Part shown: positions 29,059 through 39,023 of the stretch, in pieces
How the letters are laid out: each line of letters starts with the position of its first letter
Numbering within the stretch: position 1 is the stretch's first letter
Assembly (NCBI GenBank): GCA_050248855.1
Contig: JBFWRP010000007.1
Location: 1-64,000, forward strand
Length of the DNA: 64,000 bases
Direction: 5' to 3'
Source of the DNA: Planctomycetota bacterium
Lineage (GTDB): Bacteria; Planctomycetota; PLA2; JAEUHO01
The notes under the pieces: model-generated
The model's database searches: none
Seen by the model: only the letters and a program-made list of their open reading frames with translations
What the model was told of the DNA's origin: nothing
Translations under genes and position numbers: made by a program

Positions 29059-29871
29059 CTACGGGCGCGCCATCGCCTCTACGTGATGTCTGATGCGCGC
29101 GACGGTGTGTGCGCCGTGGGTGCGGGAACGCCAGGGGGCGTGGCCGGCGCCGGGGAGCGGCTCGTAGACGAGCTGCGGCAGGTGGGGCAGGAGCGTGTCG
29201 CGGATGGCCTCGCCGGGGTGCGGGTCGGCGGTGCCTTGGAGCAGCACGACGGGTCCGCGGAAGGCGGCGAAGGCGGCGGGCTCCGAGCCCTCGGCCTGCA
29301 GGCGCACGTGATCGGCCCAGGTCTCGGCGTGGCCCCGGGCGTCGACGGGCGGGGCATCCGGGTCGTCGGGCACCGGCAGCGCATCCGGGTCCATGGCCGC
29401 GTCGGCGAGCTCGCCGAGTGCCGTCAGCAGGTGATCCCGCGTGGCCTCGTCGTTCGTGGCGTCCAGCGCCGCGCGTAGCTCGTCGTAGCGGCGGCGCCCC
29501 TCGTCGCCGCGCGCCGCGTCCATGCGCTGGCGGAATAGGCTGCGGCTCGCCGTGTCGTACGTCCCGCAGCCGATCAGCACGAGGCCGAGGACCCGCTGCG
29601 GGTGGGCGGCGGCGTAGGAGAGGCCCCACATCGCGCCCGCGCTGTGGCCGACGACGACGGCGGAGGCGGGCGCAGCCGCGGCGAGGTCCTCCACGTGCCG
29701 AGCCACGCCGAGCGGGCGGTCGTCCGCGCGGCGCTGCCACGGCTCGTGCACGCGGAACCACGCTCCCAGGGCGCGGGCGAGGTCCCCCACCGACCCCGGC
29801 GCGGCGGGCCCGCCATGCAGCACGACCACGTCAGCGCCGGCGCTTCCGTGATGCCGCACGCGGATGGCCAT
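29059..29871 (-). CDS. Alpha/beta hydrolase
   Basis: LHGGP, GHSAG nucleophile elbow, G..D and GH. Confidence 0.85.
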   Translation of the reverse strand: MAIRVRHHGSAGADVVVLHGGPAAPGSVGDLARALGAWFRVHEPWQRRADDRPLGVARHVEDLAAAAPASAVVVGHSAGAMWGLSYAAAHPQRVLGLVLIGCGTYDTASRSLFRQRMDAARGDEGRRRYDELRAALDATNDEATRDHLLTALGELADAAMDPDALPVPDDPDAPPVDARGHAETWADHVRLQAEGSEPAAFAAFRGPVVLLQGTADPHPGEAIRDTLLPHLPQLVYEPLPGAGHAPWRSRTHGAHTVARIRHHVEAMARP

Positions 29872-29899
29872 GCGGGGAGGGTAGCGGAGGACCCCGTAC

Positions 29900-30682
29900 T
29901 CAGGCCGAGCGGTACGTCGGCCTGCGCTTCTCGAGGAAGGCGTTCAGGCCCTCGCGCATGTCGGCCGTGCTGCTCACGATGCCGAAGAGGTCGCACTCGA
30001 TGCGCAGGCCCTCTTCGAGGGTGACCTCGGTGCCGCGCAGGACCGCCTCGGCGGCCATGGCCATGGCCAGCGGGCCGTTCTTGAGCATCGGCTTGACGAG
30101 CTCTTCGGTCACCGCGCGCAGCTCGGCGCGGGGAGCGACGCGGTTGACCAAGCCGAAGCGCAGCGCCGTGTCGGCGTCCACCGGCTGCGCGGAGAGCACC
30201 ATCTCGAGCGCGCGGCCGCGGCCGACGATGCGCGGCAGGCGCTGCGTGCCGCCGTAGCCCGGGATGATCGAGAGCCCGACCTCCGGAAGACCGATCCGGG
30301 TCTCGACGGCCATCGTGCGCAGGTGGCACGCCAAGGCCAGCTCCAGGCCGCCGCCGAAGGCGAAGCCGTTGAGCATGGCCACGACGGGCTTGCCCAGGTT
30401 CTCGATGCGCCCGAGGATCGCCTGGCCGCGCAGCGACTTGGCCTTGCCCCCGCGTACGTCCTGCTCGGCCAGCTCGCCGATGTCGGCGCCGGCGACGAAC
30501 GCCTTCTCCCCGGCGCCCGTCAGGATCACGACCCGGCAGGCGACGTCCGCCTTGGCGTGGCCGAACGCCGCGTCGATGTCGGCCATCACGGCCTCGTTCA
30601 GCGCGTTGAGCTTGTCGGGGCGGTTGACCGTGATGGTCGCGATGCCGCCGTCGCAGGTGTACGTGACGTAGGTCAGGTCCAT
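29900..30682 (-). CDS. crt: Enoyl-CoA hydratase (crotonase)
   Basis: NRPDKLNAL, AFVAGADI, GGGLELALAC and PEVGLSIIPGYGGTQRL. Confidence 0.88.
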   Translation of the reverse strand: MDLTYVTYTCDGGIATITVNRPDKLNALNEAVMADIDAAFGHAKADVACRVVILTGAGEKAFVAGADIGELAEQDVRGGKAKSLRGQAILGRIENLGKPVVAMLNGFAFGGGLELALACHLRTMAVETRIGLPEVGLSIIPGYGGTQRLPRIVGRGRALEMVLSAQPVDADTALRFGLVNRVAPRAELRAVTEELVKPMLKNGPLAMAMAAEAVLRGTEVTLEEGLRIECDLFGIVSSTADMREGLNAFLEKRRPTYRSA

Positions 30683-30721
30683 GACGGGCTCCGGGCGCTG
30701 GGGACGTGGACGTGGGCGGGA

Positions 30722-31579
30722 TCAGGCCTTGCGGTAGTCGTAGAACCCGCGACCCGACTTGCGGCCGTGGCGGCCGGCGGCGACGAGGCGGCGCAGCATC
30801 GGCGGGGCCGAGTACCGGAACTCCTTGAACTCGTGGAACATGATGTCCGCGATGTAGAGCGTGGTGTCCAGGCCCACGAAGTCGAGCAGCTCGAACGGCC
30901 CCATGGGGTAGCCGCAGCCCAGCTTCATGCCGGCGTCGATGTCCTCCTTGGTGGCCACGCCCGACTCGAGGGCGCGGATCGAGTCGAGGAGGTAGGGCAC
31001 CAAGAGCAGGTTGACGACGAAGCCGGGGCTGTCCTTGGCGCGAACGACGGTCTTGCCGACCTTCTCGCCGAACACGCAGGCGGCGTCGAAGACCTCGTCG
31101 GACGTCTCGAGCGTGCGCACGACCTCGACCAGCTTCATGAGCGGGACGGGGTTGAAGAAGTGCAGGCCCACGAAGCGCTCGGCACGCTGCGTGGCGGCGG
31201 CCATGTCGCCGATCGCCAGCGACGACGTGTTGGACGCGAAGATCGTGTGCGCGGGGCAGATCTTGTCGAGGGCCGCGAAGAGCTCCTGCTTGATCTCGAG
31301 GTTCTCGATGATGGCCTCGATCACGAGGTCGCAGGCCTTCAGGTCTTCGCGCTTGGACGTGAACGTGATGCGGCCGACGATCTCCTTGACCTGGTCGGCG
31401 GTCATCTTCCCGCGCTCGACGGCCTTGCCGAGGAAGCCCTCGATCTTGGAGCGGCCCTTCTTGCAGGCCGCGTCATCGACCTCGAGCACGTGCACCGACA
31501 TGCCCGCCTGTGCGGCGATCTGGGCGATGCCCGATCCCATCAAGCCACATCCGACCACGCCCACGTTCTGGATCTGCAT
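30722..31579 (-). CDS. hbd: 3-hydroxybutyryl-CoA dehydrogenase
   Basis: GCGLMGSGIAQ, ASNTSS, GLHFFNPVP and PMGPFELLD. Confidence 0.9.
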   Translation of the reverse strand: MQIQNVGVVGCGLMGSGIAQIAAQAGMSVHVLEVDDAACKKGRSKIEGFLGKAVERGKMTADQVKEIVGRITFTSKREDLKACDLVIEAIIENLEIKQELFAALDKICPAHTIFASNTSSLAIGDMAAATQRAERFVGLHFFNPVPLMKLVEVVRTLETSDEVFDAACVFGEKVGKTVVRAKDSPGFVVNLLLVPYLLDSIRALESGVATKEDIDAGMKLGCGYPMGPFELLDFVGLDTTLYIADIMFHEFKEFRYSAPPMLRRLVAAGRHGRKSGRGFYDYRKA

Positions 31580-31729
31580 CGCGTCCGGTCCTTTCACGGT
31601 TCCTGCCGAGGGCCGCGCATCCTAGGAGGCCGGGCCCGATTCCCCCATCAAGGCGGGCAGTGCCGGGGCGGGCGCCCGCGGAAACCGGGAGCGAAGGGGT
31701 GGGGCAGAGCCCGAGGCGAATCCCCCGGC

Positions 31730-31800
31730 TCGAGCGTCGGCCTGCCTTGACAGGCCGCGTCAGCAGGCACCCAAGAGCCTGGCCTGCATGCCCGCTCGGC
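31730..31800. repeat. Degenerate family A REP-like unit
   Basis: CTCGAGCGTCGGCCTGCCTTGACAGGCCGCG...AGGCACC similar to 1893-1966. Confidence 0.7.
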
Positions 31801-31847
31801 CTCTCCGTGGACCCTGGGCTGGCCGCCGCGCGCGCCGCGGACGACGC

Positions 31848-32120
31848 CTACGAGACGGTTTCGTCGGCGAGGTCTTCGAATTCCCGGGCCGAGAGCTCGC
31901 CGAAGGACTTGCCGCGGCGCTTGAGCTTCTCGTTCATGCGCATGACGAGGTCCTGCATCCGCTCGTGCGTCTCCGCCGAGCCGCCGACCAGGAGGAACTC
32001 CTTGCCGCGCGTCACGCGCCGGTGCCCGTCCTCGCCATCGAGTCCCACCCCCAGCAGACCGCCCGGGGCCGTGGGAGCCGCCGAGGCGGAAGGCGCACGA
32101 TCGGAGCGCGGCGTCGTCAT
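31848..32120 (-). CDS. Small conserved hypothetical protein
   Basis: LLGVGLDGEDGHRRVTRG...GGSAETHERMQ resembles a small protein I associate with PVC bacteria. Upstream TAGGCT hexamer. Confidence 0.7.
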   Translation of the reverse strand: MTTPRSDRAPSASAAPTAPGGLLGVGLDGEDGHRRVTRGKEFLLVGGSAETHERMQDLVMRMNEKLKRRGKSFGELSAREFEDLADETVS

Positions 32121-32263
32121 GCGTCGAAGCCTAGCGCAGCGCGCCGACGTCCACCACCCGGTGCGCAGTCCGTGTACGACGTCGATGCGACGTTCGTTCG
32201 TTGCAAGCCCGACGTCCGGCCTACGTCGGAACGGGGGGGTTGACATCCGGGCACGGAAGTCCG

Positions 32264-35065
32264 TCAGTGCGCCTCCGACCACGTGTGCCCGTGGCCCACG
32301 TCAACCCGCAGCGGCACGCTCAGCGGCAGGGCGCCTTCCATCTCCTCGCGCACGATCTCCGTGACACGCTCGCGGTCCTCCTCCGGGATCTCGAACAACA
32401 GCTCGTCGTGGATCTGGAGCAGCATGCGCGTGGCAGGCGCTTCGCGAGCGAGACGCTCGTGCAAGCGGATCATGGCCATCTTGATCACGTCGGCGGCCGT
32501 GCCCTGCACGGGCGTGTTCACGGCGACGTTCTCCGACTGGACACGGATGCGCGGGTCGTCGTCGTTGAGGCCCGGTAGGTAGCGCTTGCGCCCGAGCAGC
32601 GTGGTCACGTAGCCGCAGGCCCGGGCGTCCTCGATGGTCTTGTCGAGCCACGCGCGCACCTTGGGATACGTCGCGAAGTAGCCCTCGATGAACCCCTTGG
32701 CCTCCGGAAGGGTGACCTGGGTCTCGCGGGCCAGGCGCTGCGGCCCCATGCCGTAGATCACGCCGAAGTTGATGGCCTTGGCGCGACTGCGCAGCTCGGG
32801 CGTGACCTCCTCCTCGGAGACCTTGAAGATGCGGGCCGCCGTGCTGCGGTGCACGTCGGCGCCCTTCTCGAAGGCCTCGATCAGGTGCTCGTCGCCGGAG
32901 AGGTGCGCCAACAGCCGCAGCTCCACCTGGCTGTAGTCGGCGCTGACGAAGACGTGGCCACGATCCGGGACGAACGCCTCGCGAATCGCCCGCCCTTCGG
33001 GGCTGCGAATGGGGATGTTCTGCAGGTTGGGGTCGCTGGAGGCCAAGCGCCCCGTGGCGGCCGCCGTCTGGCTGTAGGAGGTGTGCACGCGACCCGTCTG
33101 CGGGTTCACGAACGTCGGCAGCGTGTCGATGTACGTGCTCTTGAGCTTGGTGAGGCTGCGGTAGGCCAGCACCAGGCGCGGCAAGGGGTGGGCGACGGCC
33201 AGCTCCTCCATCGTGGCCTCGTCCGTGGCGTACCCCGTGCCCTTGGCCGTCTTCTTGGGGCGTCGCCGGGCCACGGCCTCGTGCTCGTGGACCTTGAGCC
33301 GCTCGAAGAGGATGTGACCCAGCTCCCGCGTGCTGCGCACGTTGAAGGGCTCGCCCGCGGCCTCTTCGATCTCCTTCTCGAGCGCCTCGATGCGCGTCTC
33401 GAGGTCCTCGCCCATGCGCGCCAGCAGCCGGGTGTCCAGCCGGATCCCGTTCTGCTCCATCTGCACGAGCACGGGCAAGAGCGGCATCTCCGTGGTGCGG
33501 AAGACGCGCTCGACGTCGCGCTCGACCAGCTCCGGCGCCAGGTCCTCGCGCAGGCGCCACGTGACGTCCGCGTCTTCGCAGGCATAGCGGCAGACGTCCT
33601 CGACAGGTACGTCGCGCATCGAGATCTGGTTCTTGCCCTTCCCGATGAGGTCGGACGTCGGGATCTTCTTGATGCCCAGCCGACGAAGCGCCATGCCGTC
33701 CAGGTTGTGGATGCGACTTCCCGGGTCCACGCAGAAGCTGGCCACCATGGTGTCGAAGTCGAGCCCCTTCACGTGGACGCCGTGGTGGGCCAGGACGTGC
33801 ACGTCGTACTTCATGTTCTGGCCGCACTTGGGGATCGCGGCGTCCTCCAAGGGGCCGCGCAGCACGTCCAACACGGCGCGGGTGTCGCCGCTCACGGTGG
33901 GCGCGCTGAACAGCGAGCCCTCTTCGCGCTCCTTGGCCATCACGCCACCGAACATGGGCGGGTCGAGGTTGACGGGGACGTACCAAGCCTCGCCCGACGT
34001 CCACGCGAAGGACAGGCCCACGAGGTCGGCTTGGAGGGGGTCCAGGCCCGTCGTCTCCGTGTCGAAGGCAAAGCCGCGATCCTTCGTGGCGGCCAGGGCC
34101 TTGGCGAGCTTGCGCACCTTGGCAGGCGTGTCCACGAGGTGGTAGCGCACCTCGCCGAGCGCGCTCCCGCCCGTGTCGTCTTCCAGACGCTCCAGGCGCC
34201 CGCGGAAGTCGAGCTCGGCGAAGAGCTCGCGGAGCGCGGCCACGTCGCGCGGCTTCCTCTCCAGGTCCTCCTCGGGGAGCGGCACCTGCGTGTCGATCGT
34301 GACGAGCTCCTGGCTCAGGCGCGCCTGCTCGGCGAACTCGAGGAGGTTCTCGCGCAGCTTCTTCTGCGGAATGCCGTCGGCGGCCTCGAGAACCTTCTCG
34401 AGCGAGCCGTACTCCTGCACCAAGGCGGTCGCGCGCTTGGGGCCCACGCCCGGCACGCCGGGCACGTTGTCGCTGCTGTCACCCATCAAGCCCAGCACGT
34501 CGACGACCTGCTCCGGCGGGACGCCGAACTTCTCGATGGTCTCGTCGCGACCGACGAGCTCGGGCTGGCTCTGACCCGGCTTCAGCAGGTTGTAGAGCTT
34601 CACGTGGTCACCGACGAGCTGGAGCATGTCCTTGTCGCCGGAGACGATCCACACGTCTTGGCCTTCGGCAGAGGCCTTCTTGGCCAGCGTGCCGATGACG
34701 TCGTCCGCTTCGTAGCCGGGCACGGCCAGGAAGGGCAGGCCCATGCCTTCGACGGCACGGCGGATCCAGGCGAGCTGCGGCACCAGCTCGTCGGGGATCT
34801 TGTCGCGCGTGGCCTTGTAGTCCGGATACCGCTCGTGGCGGAACGTGGGGCCCGGCGGGTCGAACACGACGACGATGTGCTCGGGTTTCTCCTCGTCGAG
34901 GATCCGGTCCAGCGCACCGAGGAAGCCGAAGACCGCGCCGGTGGCCACACCGTCCGCGTTGGTGAGGGGGCTGCGCAGCAGGGCGAAGTGCGCACGGTAG
35001 GCAAGCGCCATCCCGTCAAGCAGGAACAGGCGCGGACGATCGGAGGCGGTGCGTGGCGTGGCCAT
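32264..35065 (-). CDS. polA: DNA polymerase I
   Basis: 5'-3' exonuclease (YEADDVIGT, GDSSDN), 3'-5' exonuclease (FDTETT), polymerase motifs SADYSQVELR, AKAINFGVIYG and QIHDEL. Confidence 0.97.
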   Translation of the reverse strand: MATPRTASDRPRLFLLDGMALAYRAHFALLRSPLTNADGVATGAVFGFLGALDRILDEEKPEHIVVVFDPPGPTFRHERYPDYKATRDKIPDELVPQLAWIRRAVEGMGLPFLAVPGYEADDVIGTLAKKASAEGQDVWIVSGDKDMLQLVGDHVKLYNLLKPGQSQPELVGRDETIEKFGVPPEQVVDVLGLMGDSSDNVPGVPGVGPKRATALVQEYGSLEKVLEAADGIPQKKLRENLLEFAEQARLSQELVTIDTQVPLPEEDLERKPRDVAALRELFAELDFRGRLERLEDDTGGSALGEVRYHLVDTPAKVRKLAKALAATKDRGFAFDTETTGLDPLQADLVGLSFAWTSGEAWYVPVNLDPPMFGGVMAKEREEGSLFSAPTVSGDTRAVLDVLRGPLEDAAIPKCGQNMKYDVHVLAHHGVHVKGLDFDTMVASFCVDPGSRIHNLDGMALRRLGIKKIPTSDLIGKGKNQISMRDVPVEDVCRYACEDADVTWRLREDLAPELVERDVERVFRTTEMPLLPVLVQMEQNGIRLDTRLLARMGEDLETRIEALEKEIEEAAGEPFNVRSTRELGHILFERLKVHEHEAVARRRPKKTAKGTGYATDEATMEELAVAHPLPRLVLAYRSLTKLKSTYIDTLPTFVNPQTGRVHTSYSQTAAATGRLASSDPNLQNIPIRSPEGRAIREAFVPDRGHVFVSADYSQVELRLLAHLSGDEHLIEAFEKGADVHRSTAARIFKVSEEEVTPELRSRAKAINFGVIYGMGPQRLARETQVTLPEAKGFIEGYFATYPKVRAWLDKTIEDARACGYVTTLLGRKRYLPGLNDDDPRIRVQSENVAVNTPVQGTAADVIKMAMIRLHERLAREAPATRMLLQIHDELLFEIPEEDRERVTEIVREEMEGALPLSVPLRVDVGHGHTWSEAH

Positions 35066-35204
35066 GGGGCGGGGATTGTGACCCCCAGGGCCGACCGGGG
35101 ACAGCCCGGGCCGCGCCCAGGCCGCGGCAGCGCGCGGGGTGGCCGAAGCGCGCACCCGCGCTCCCTTCACGCCCGCTCGTCGCCGCGTGGGTAGGATCCG
35201 CGCG

Positions 35205-36701
35205 ATGGAAGGCCCCGAGCTGTTCGTCGCGCGCGACCGTGCGCGCCGCTTCGCGCGCCGCCTGCGCGACACGGCAACGGAGAGGCGTCTGGCCTACCGC
35301 GGCGCCGACGTGGGCATGGCTTCCCTGGTCAACGAGGCCGAGGCCACGCTCACGCCGCTCCTCGAGGACATCCGCACGACGATCGCGGACATCGAGGCCG
35401 GGCGCATCCGTGACCGCGAGCGCGGCTACATGGAGGTGCCCCTCGTGGTGGCCTCGGCGGCCGTGGCCGAGCGCGTCGAGCTGGCGCAGCGCCTGGATCG
35501 GGCCCTCAGCCGCTCGGGCGTGCCCGCACGCGAGGGTCGCACGGCCGTGCTCGAGCTGCTCGACGCGGCCCTGGCTCGCTTGGACGCGTACAGCGGGTCC
35601 TACGATGCCAAGGAGCCCGTCGGCCCGCCCGTCGCCCACGACCTGGGCCATCGGCTGGCGACGATCGAAGCGGACGCCACGTGGCGTCGGCGCCTCGCGG
35701 GCGCCACGGTGGCCGACGGACCGGCCACGGATCGTCGGGCCCCGCACGTGCTGGCGCCGCCCCACGCGCTCGACGACTTGCTGCGCGCCGTGCGCCGCAC
35801 GGTGCCGCTCGTGCCCGGACCTTGGCACGTCTCCACGGACGAGGACGAAGGTCTGGTCACCCTGGCGCTCGGCGCGGGGCCGGAGGGTCTCGAGGCCCTC
35901 GCGCTGCCGGGCGACATCGAGAACGCCAAGGGCGTCCTGGGGTTTCGCGTGGCCACCGACGTCCAGCTGTACGGGCGCGCGGCGCCGCGGACAGGCGGCT
36001 TGCTGACGCCGGCCGCCGCCGGCGACGACGTGCGCGGGGTACGCGTCGTGCTGCCCCTGCCGACGGCCACGCCGGGCGGCGCCGACCTCGAGGCCGCGGC
36101 GGGCCCGGATGCCCAGCTGTCGCCCGCCGCGCGGACGGCCCTCGAGGCGCTGGGCCGCGCTCCGGCGCCGGGGCCGGACGGAACGCCGCCGCCGGCGCGC
36201 CTGGTGGCGTGGATGGGCTTGTTCGCCGCCCTGGACCAGGAGCTGAAGCGCGTCGTGTTGGCGCGCGCGCGCAGCAACTCCGTGCGCGTGATCTCGGGCC
36301 GCTTGCCGCGCGAGAGCACGCGCAAGGCCCCTCTCAAGGCCGCCGTGCTCGACACGCTGGGCCGGGCGTTCGACGGCTTGGCCGTGGACCGCGCCGACGC
36401 CATCGCCGACGAGCTTGCGGCCGGCAAGCCGGCCACCAGCCGCGCGCAGGTCGCGGACGCCGCCATCGTGCTGGCCTTGGTGGGGCGTACCTGGGACGTC
36501 GCCGGTGTGCATCTGCCCCGTGCGCTGGTCATGGATCCGCTCGACGACCGCGAGGTGCAGGCGCTGGTGCACGATCTCCTGACCGTGGCCCGTGCGCGGC
36601 GGGCGTTGGAGTCGGGCGCCGGCCTCGACCGCGCGAACGTGCGCGAGATGGAGCGCGCCCTCGTGGGCGCGCTCGGTCGGTTGGGCCGCGTCGTTCCCTG
36701 A
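35205..36701 (+). CDS. Hypothetical protein
   Basis: ~498-aa ORF with coding-like codon bias, divergent from polA, TAGGAT hexamer 7 nt upstream. Confidence 0.65.
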   Translation: MEGPELFVARDRARRFARRLRDTATERRLAYRGADVGMASLVNEAEATLTPLLEDIRTTIADIEAGRIRDRERGYMEVPLVVASAAVAERVELAQRLDRALSRSGVPAREGRTAVLELLDAALARLDAYSGSYDAKEPVGPPVAHDLGHRLATIEADATWRRRLAGATVADGPATDRRAPHVLAPPHALDDLLRAVRRTVPLVPGPWHVSTDEDEGLVTLALGAGPEGLEALALPGDIENAKGVLGFRVATDVQLYGRAAPRTGGLLTPAAAGDDVRGVRVVLPLPTATPGGADLEAAAGPDAQLSPAARTALEALGRAPAPGPDGTPPPARLVAWMGLFAALDQELKRVVLARARSNSVRVISGRLPRESTRKAPLKAAVLDTLGRAFDGLAVDRADAIADELAAGKPATSRAQVADAAIVLALVGRTWDVAGVHLPRALVMDPLDDREVQALVHDLLTVARARRALESGAGLDRANVREMERALVGALGRLGRVVP

Positions 36702-36723
36702 AGAGCCTTCTCCGGCTGCAGGA

Positions 36724-37410
36724 TCAGCGCGCTTGACGCCAGGGTGGCGCCGTGGCGGGCAGCTGCCCGGTGCCGTTCACGGCGGGGGCGCTCACGACGT
36801 CGTGGGCCACGCTGAACGCGACATCCGCGGCCGGGCCGTTCTCCAAGCCGTCGAAGGCGGCGAGCTCGGTGGCGAGGATCTCGCCGGACTGGTTCACGAA
36901 GAACGTGCGGTTGCCCGACTGCTGGTAGGACGCCGGCCACGCGTAGGCGCACCAAGCGGCCGCGGCAAGCTGGGCATCGGGCGCAACGGTGAAGGCACCG
37001 AGCGCGTCCTCGCACGTTCCGTCGCGCGAAGGCGCGGGCAGCCAGATGCGGTACCAGTACCCGCTCTTGTTGACCGCGCCCCGACCCGCCGCGTCGGCGC
37101 TCACCCCGCGGAAGGCTCCGGACAGGTGTGTCGGGACGAGCGCCGCCGCCATGCGGCCGGCGCCGGCGCCGGAGAGCTCCGTGAACGAGCCGTACTCGCC
37201 GGAGCCATCCCCGTTGCCGTCGACCAGCGTTCGCTGCTGGAACTGTGCCTGGGCGGTGGAGAGGGTCCGGAGCGTCGCGATCGCGGCGGTCTCGTTGGCG
37301 CTGATGCGCGCTGGCAGCAGGCTCGGGATGCCGAGCGCCGCAACGAGGGCCAGGATGGCGATGACGGTGATCAGCTCGACGAGGGAGAAACCATGGGGAT
37401 GGCGTTGCAT
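36724..37410 (-). CDS. Type IV pilin-like protein (prepilin N-terminal cleavage/methylation), paralogue 1
   Basis: GFSLVEL plus hydrophobic helix, ANETAAIATLR and SGNRTFFVNQSG. Confidence 0.88.
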   Translation of the reverse strand: MQRHPHGFSLVELITVIAILALVAALGIPSLLPARISANETAAIATLRTLSTAQAQFQQRTLVDGNGDGSGEYGSFTELSGAGAGRMAAALVPTHLSGAFRGVSADAAGRGAVNKSGYWYRIWLPAPSRDGTCEDALGAFTVAPDAQLAAAAWCAYAWPASYQQSGNRTFFVNQSGEILATELAAFDGLENGPAADVAFSVAHDVVSAPAVNGTGQLPATAPPWRQAR

Positions 37411-37523
37411 GGGGGGAAGGCTCCACGGGTGGGGGAAGGATCCACGAGATCCAGGGAAGTCGGCGTCCGCGACGCGGCGGACGTCGTCGGGCACGTGGTG
37501 AGGAGGGGCGTGCAGGGCGAGCA

Positions 37524-38210
37524 TCAGCGCGCCTTGCGCCACACGCCCGCCGCCGCCGGCAGCTGGCCGGCGGCGTCGATGGCCGCCGCGCTCGTGATGT
37601 CGCCGGCCGTCGTGAACGCGGCGTCGGCGGGCGGGCCGTTGTCCAGCCCCTCCCAGGCGGCCACCTCCGCCGTGAGGATGTCCCCGGCCTGGTTCACGAA
37701 GAACGTGCGGTTGCCCGACTGCTGGTACGCGGCAGGCCACGCGTAGGCGCACCACACGGCCTCACCCGTCTGCGGGTCGACGGGGACGGCGAACGCGCCC
37801 GTCTCGTCCTCGCAGGTGCCCACGCCGGCCGCGGCCGGCAGCCAGATGCGGAACAGGTAGCCGCTCTTGTTGATCGCGGCGAAGCCGGCCGCGTCGTCGA
37901 TGAGGACGCGGAAGACCCCGCCGAGGATCGGCGGCACGAGCGTCGTCGGCATGCGCCCGGGTCCTACGCCGGACAGCTCCGTGAAGCTGCCGTACTCGCC
38001 GACGCCGTCGGTGTCCGCGTCAAGCCGCGCGCGCTGCTGGAACTGGGCCTGGGCCGTGACCAGGTTGCGCAGGGTCGCAAGGGCAGACGCCTCGTTCGCG
38101 GCGAGGCGCGAGGCGAGCAGGTTGGGCAGGGCGACGGCCGCCAGGATGGCGATGATCGCGATGACGATCATCAGCTCGATGAGCGTGAAGCCCTTCGAGG
38201 AACGGGACAT
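37524..38210 (-). CDS. Type IV pilin-like protein, paralogue 2
   Basis: GFTLIELMIVIAIIAILAAVALP, ANEASALATLR and SGNRTFFVNQAG. GGAGG SD. Confidence 0.9.
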   Translation of the reverse strand: MSRSSKGFTLIELMIVIAIIAILAAVALPNLLASRLAANEASALATLRNLVTAQAQFQQRARLDADTDGVGEYGSFTELSGVGPGRMPTTLVPPILGGVFRVLIDDAAGFAAINKSGYLFRIWLPAAAGVGTCEDETGAFAVPVDPQTGEAVWCAYAWPAAYQQSGNRTFFVNQAGDILTAEVAAWEGLDNGPPADAAFTTAGDITSAAAIDAAGQLPAAAGVWRKAR

Positions 38211-38355
38211 GACGCCTCCACGGGTGACGGAGGAAGCCGCTCGCTCCTCGCGGAGGAACGGCCGACCCTCCATCGACCGGAAGGCGCCTCGGACTTGAGC
38301 CCCTACGGCGCGGGGGTGTCCGCGTGCGGAGTCGCGCGAGATCCCGACTCCGCGC

Positions 38356-38964
38356 TCAGGACGGCAGGTCGTTGGCCGAGCTGACGACCTTCGTGAGCAG
38401 GCCGTAGTCGACGGCCTCCTGGGCGCTCATCCAGAAGTCGCGGTGCATGTCGCGCTCGATGACGTCGATGGGCTTGCCCGTCTCGCGCACGAAGAGCTCG
38501 TTGGCCTTGTGCCGCAAGCGCAGGATCTCCTTGGCGCTGATGGCGATGTCCGAGGCCGTGCCACGGATCCCCGTGCTGGGCTGGTGGAGCATGATCCGCG
38601 AGTGCGGCAGCACGAAGCGCCGGTCCTTGGGCGCGCCCACCATCACGATGGTCGCCGCGCTCGCGGCCAGGCCCGTGACCACCGTCGTCACGGGGGCGCG
38701 CACGAAGCGCAGCACGTCGTAGATCGCGAAGCCGTCGTCGGCCAAGCCGCCGGGGCTGTTGACGTAGACCGTGATCGGCTTGGTCTGGCTGAGCTGGTCC
38801 AGGACCAGGATCTGGCGCACGACGTCGCGCGTCAGCGCGGACTCGATGGGTCCGAACAGGAGGACGGATCGGCTGCGCAGCGCCGCGCGCTCGAGGAGCG
38901 AGCGACCGGGACCCTTCGGCGACTTGTTGGGCTTGTCCGACTTGGACCTGGCATGCGCGGTCAT
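38356..38964 (-). CDS. clpP: ATP-dependent Clp protease proteolytic subunit
   Basis: YVNSPGG, GLAASAA (Ser), IMLHQP (His) and RDFWMSA (Asp). Confidence 0.93.
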   Translation of the reverse strand: MTAHARSKSDKPNKSPKGPGRSLLERAALRSRSVLLFGPIESALTRDVVRQILVLDQLSQTKPITVYVNSPGGLADDGFAIYDVLRFVRAPVTTVVTGLAASAATIVMVGAPKDRRFVLPHSRIMLHQPSTGIRGTASDIAISAKEILRLRHKANELFVRETGKPIDVIERDMHRDFWMSAQEAVDYGLLTKVVSSANDLPS

Positions 38965-39023
38965 GGGGACTCCTCGAAGGATCTCGGGGCGGGGACCGTA
39001 CCCCCTCCGGCGGGCCTCCCCTC

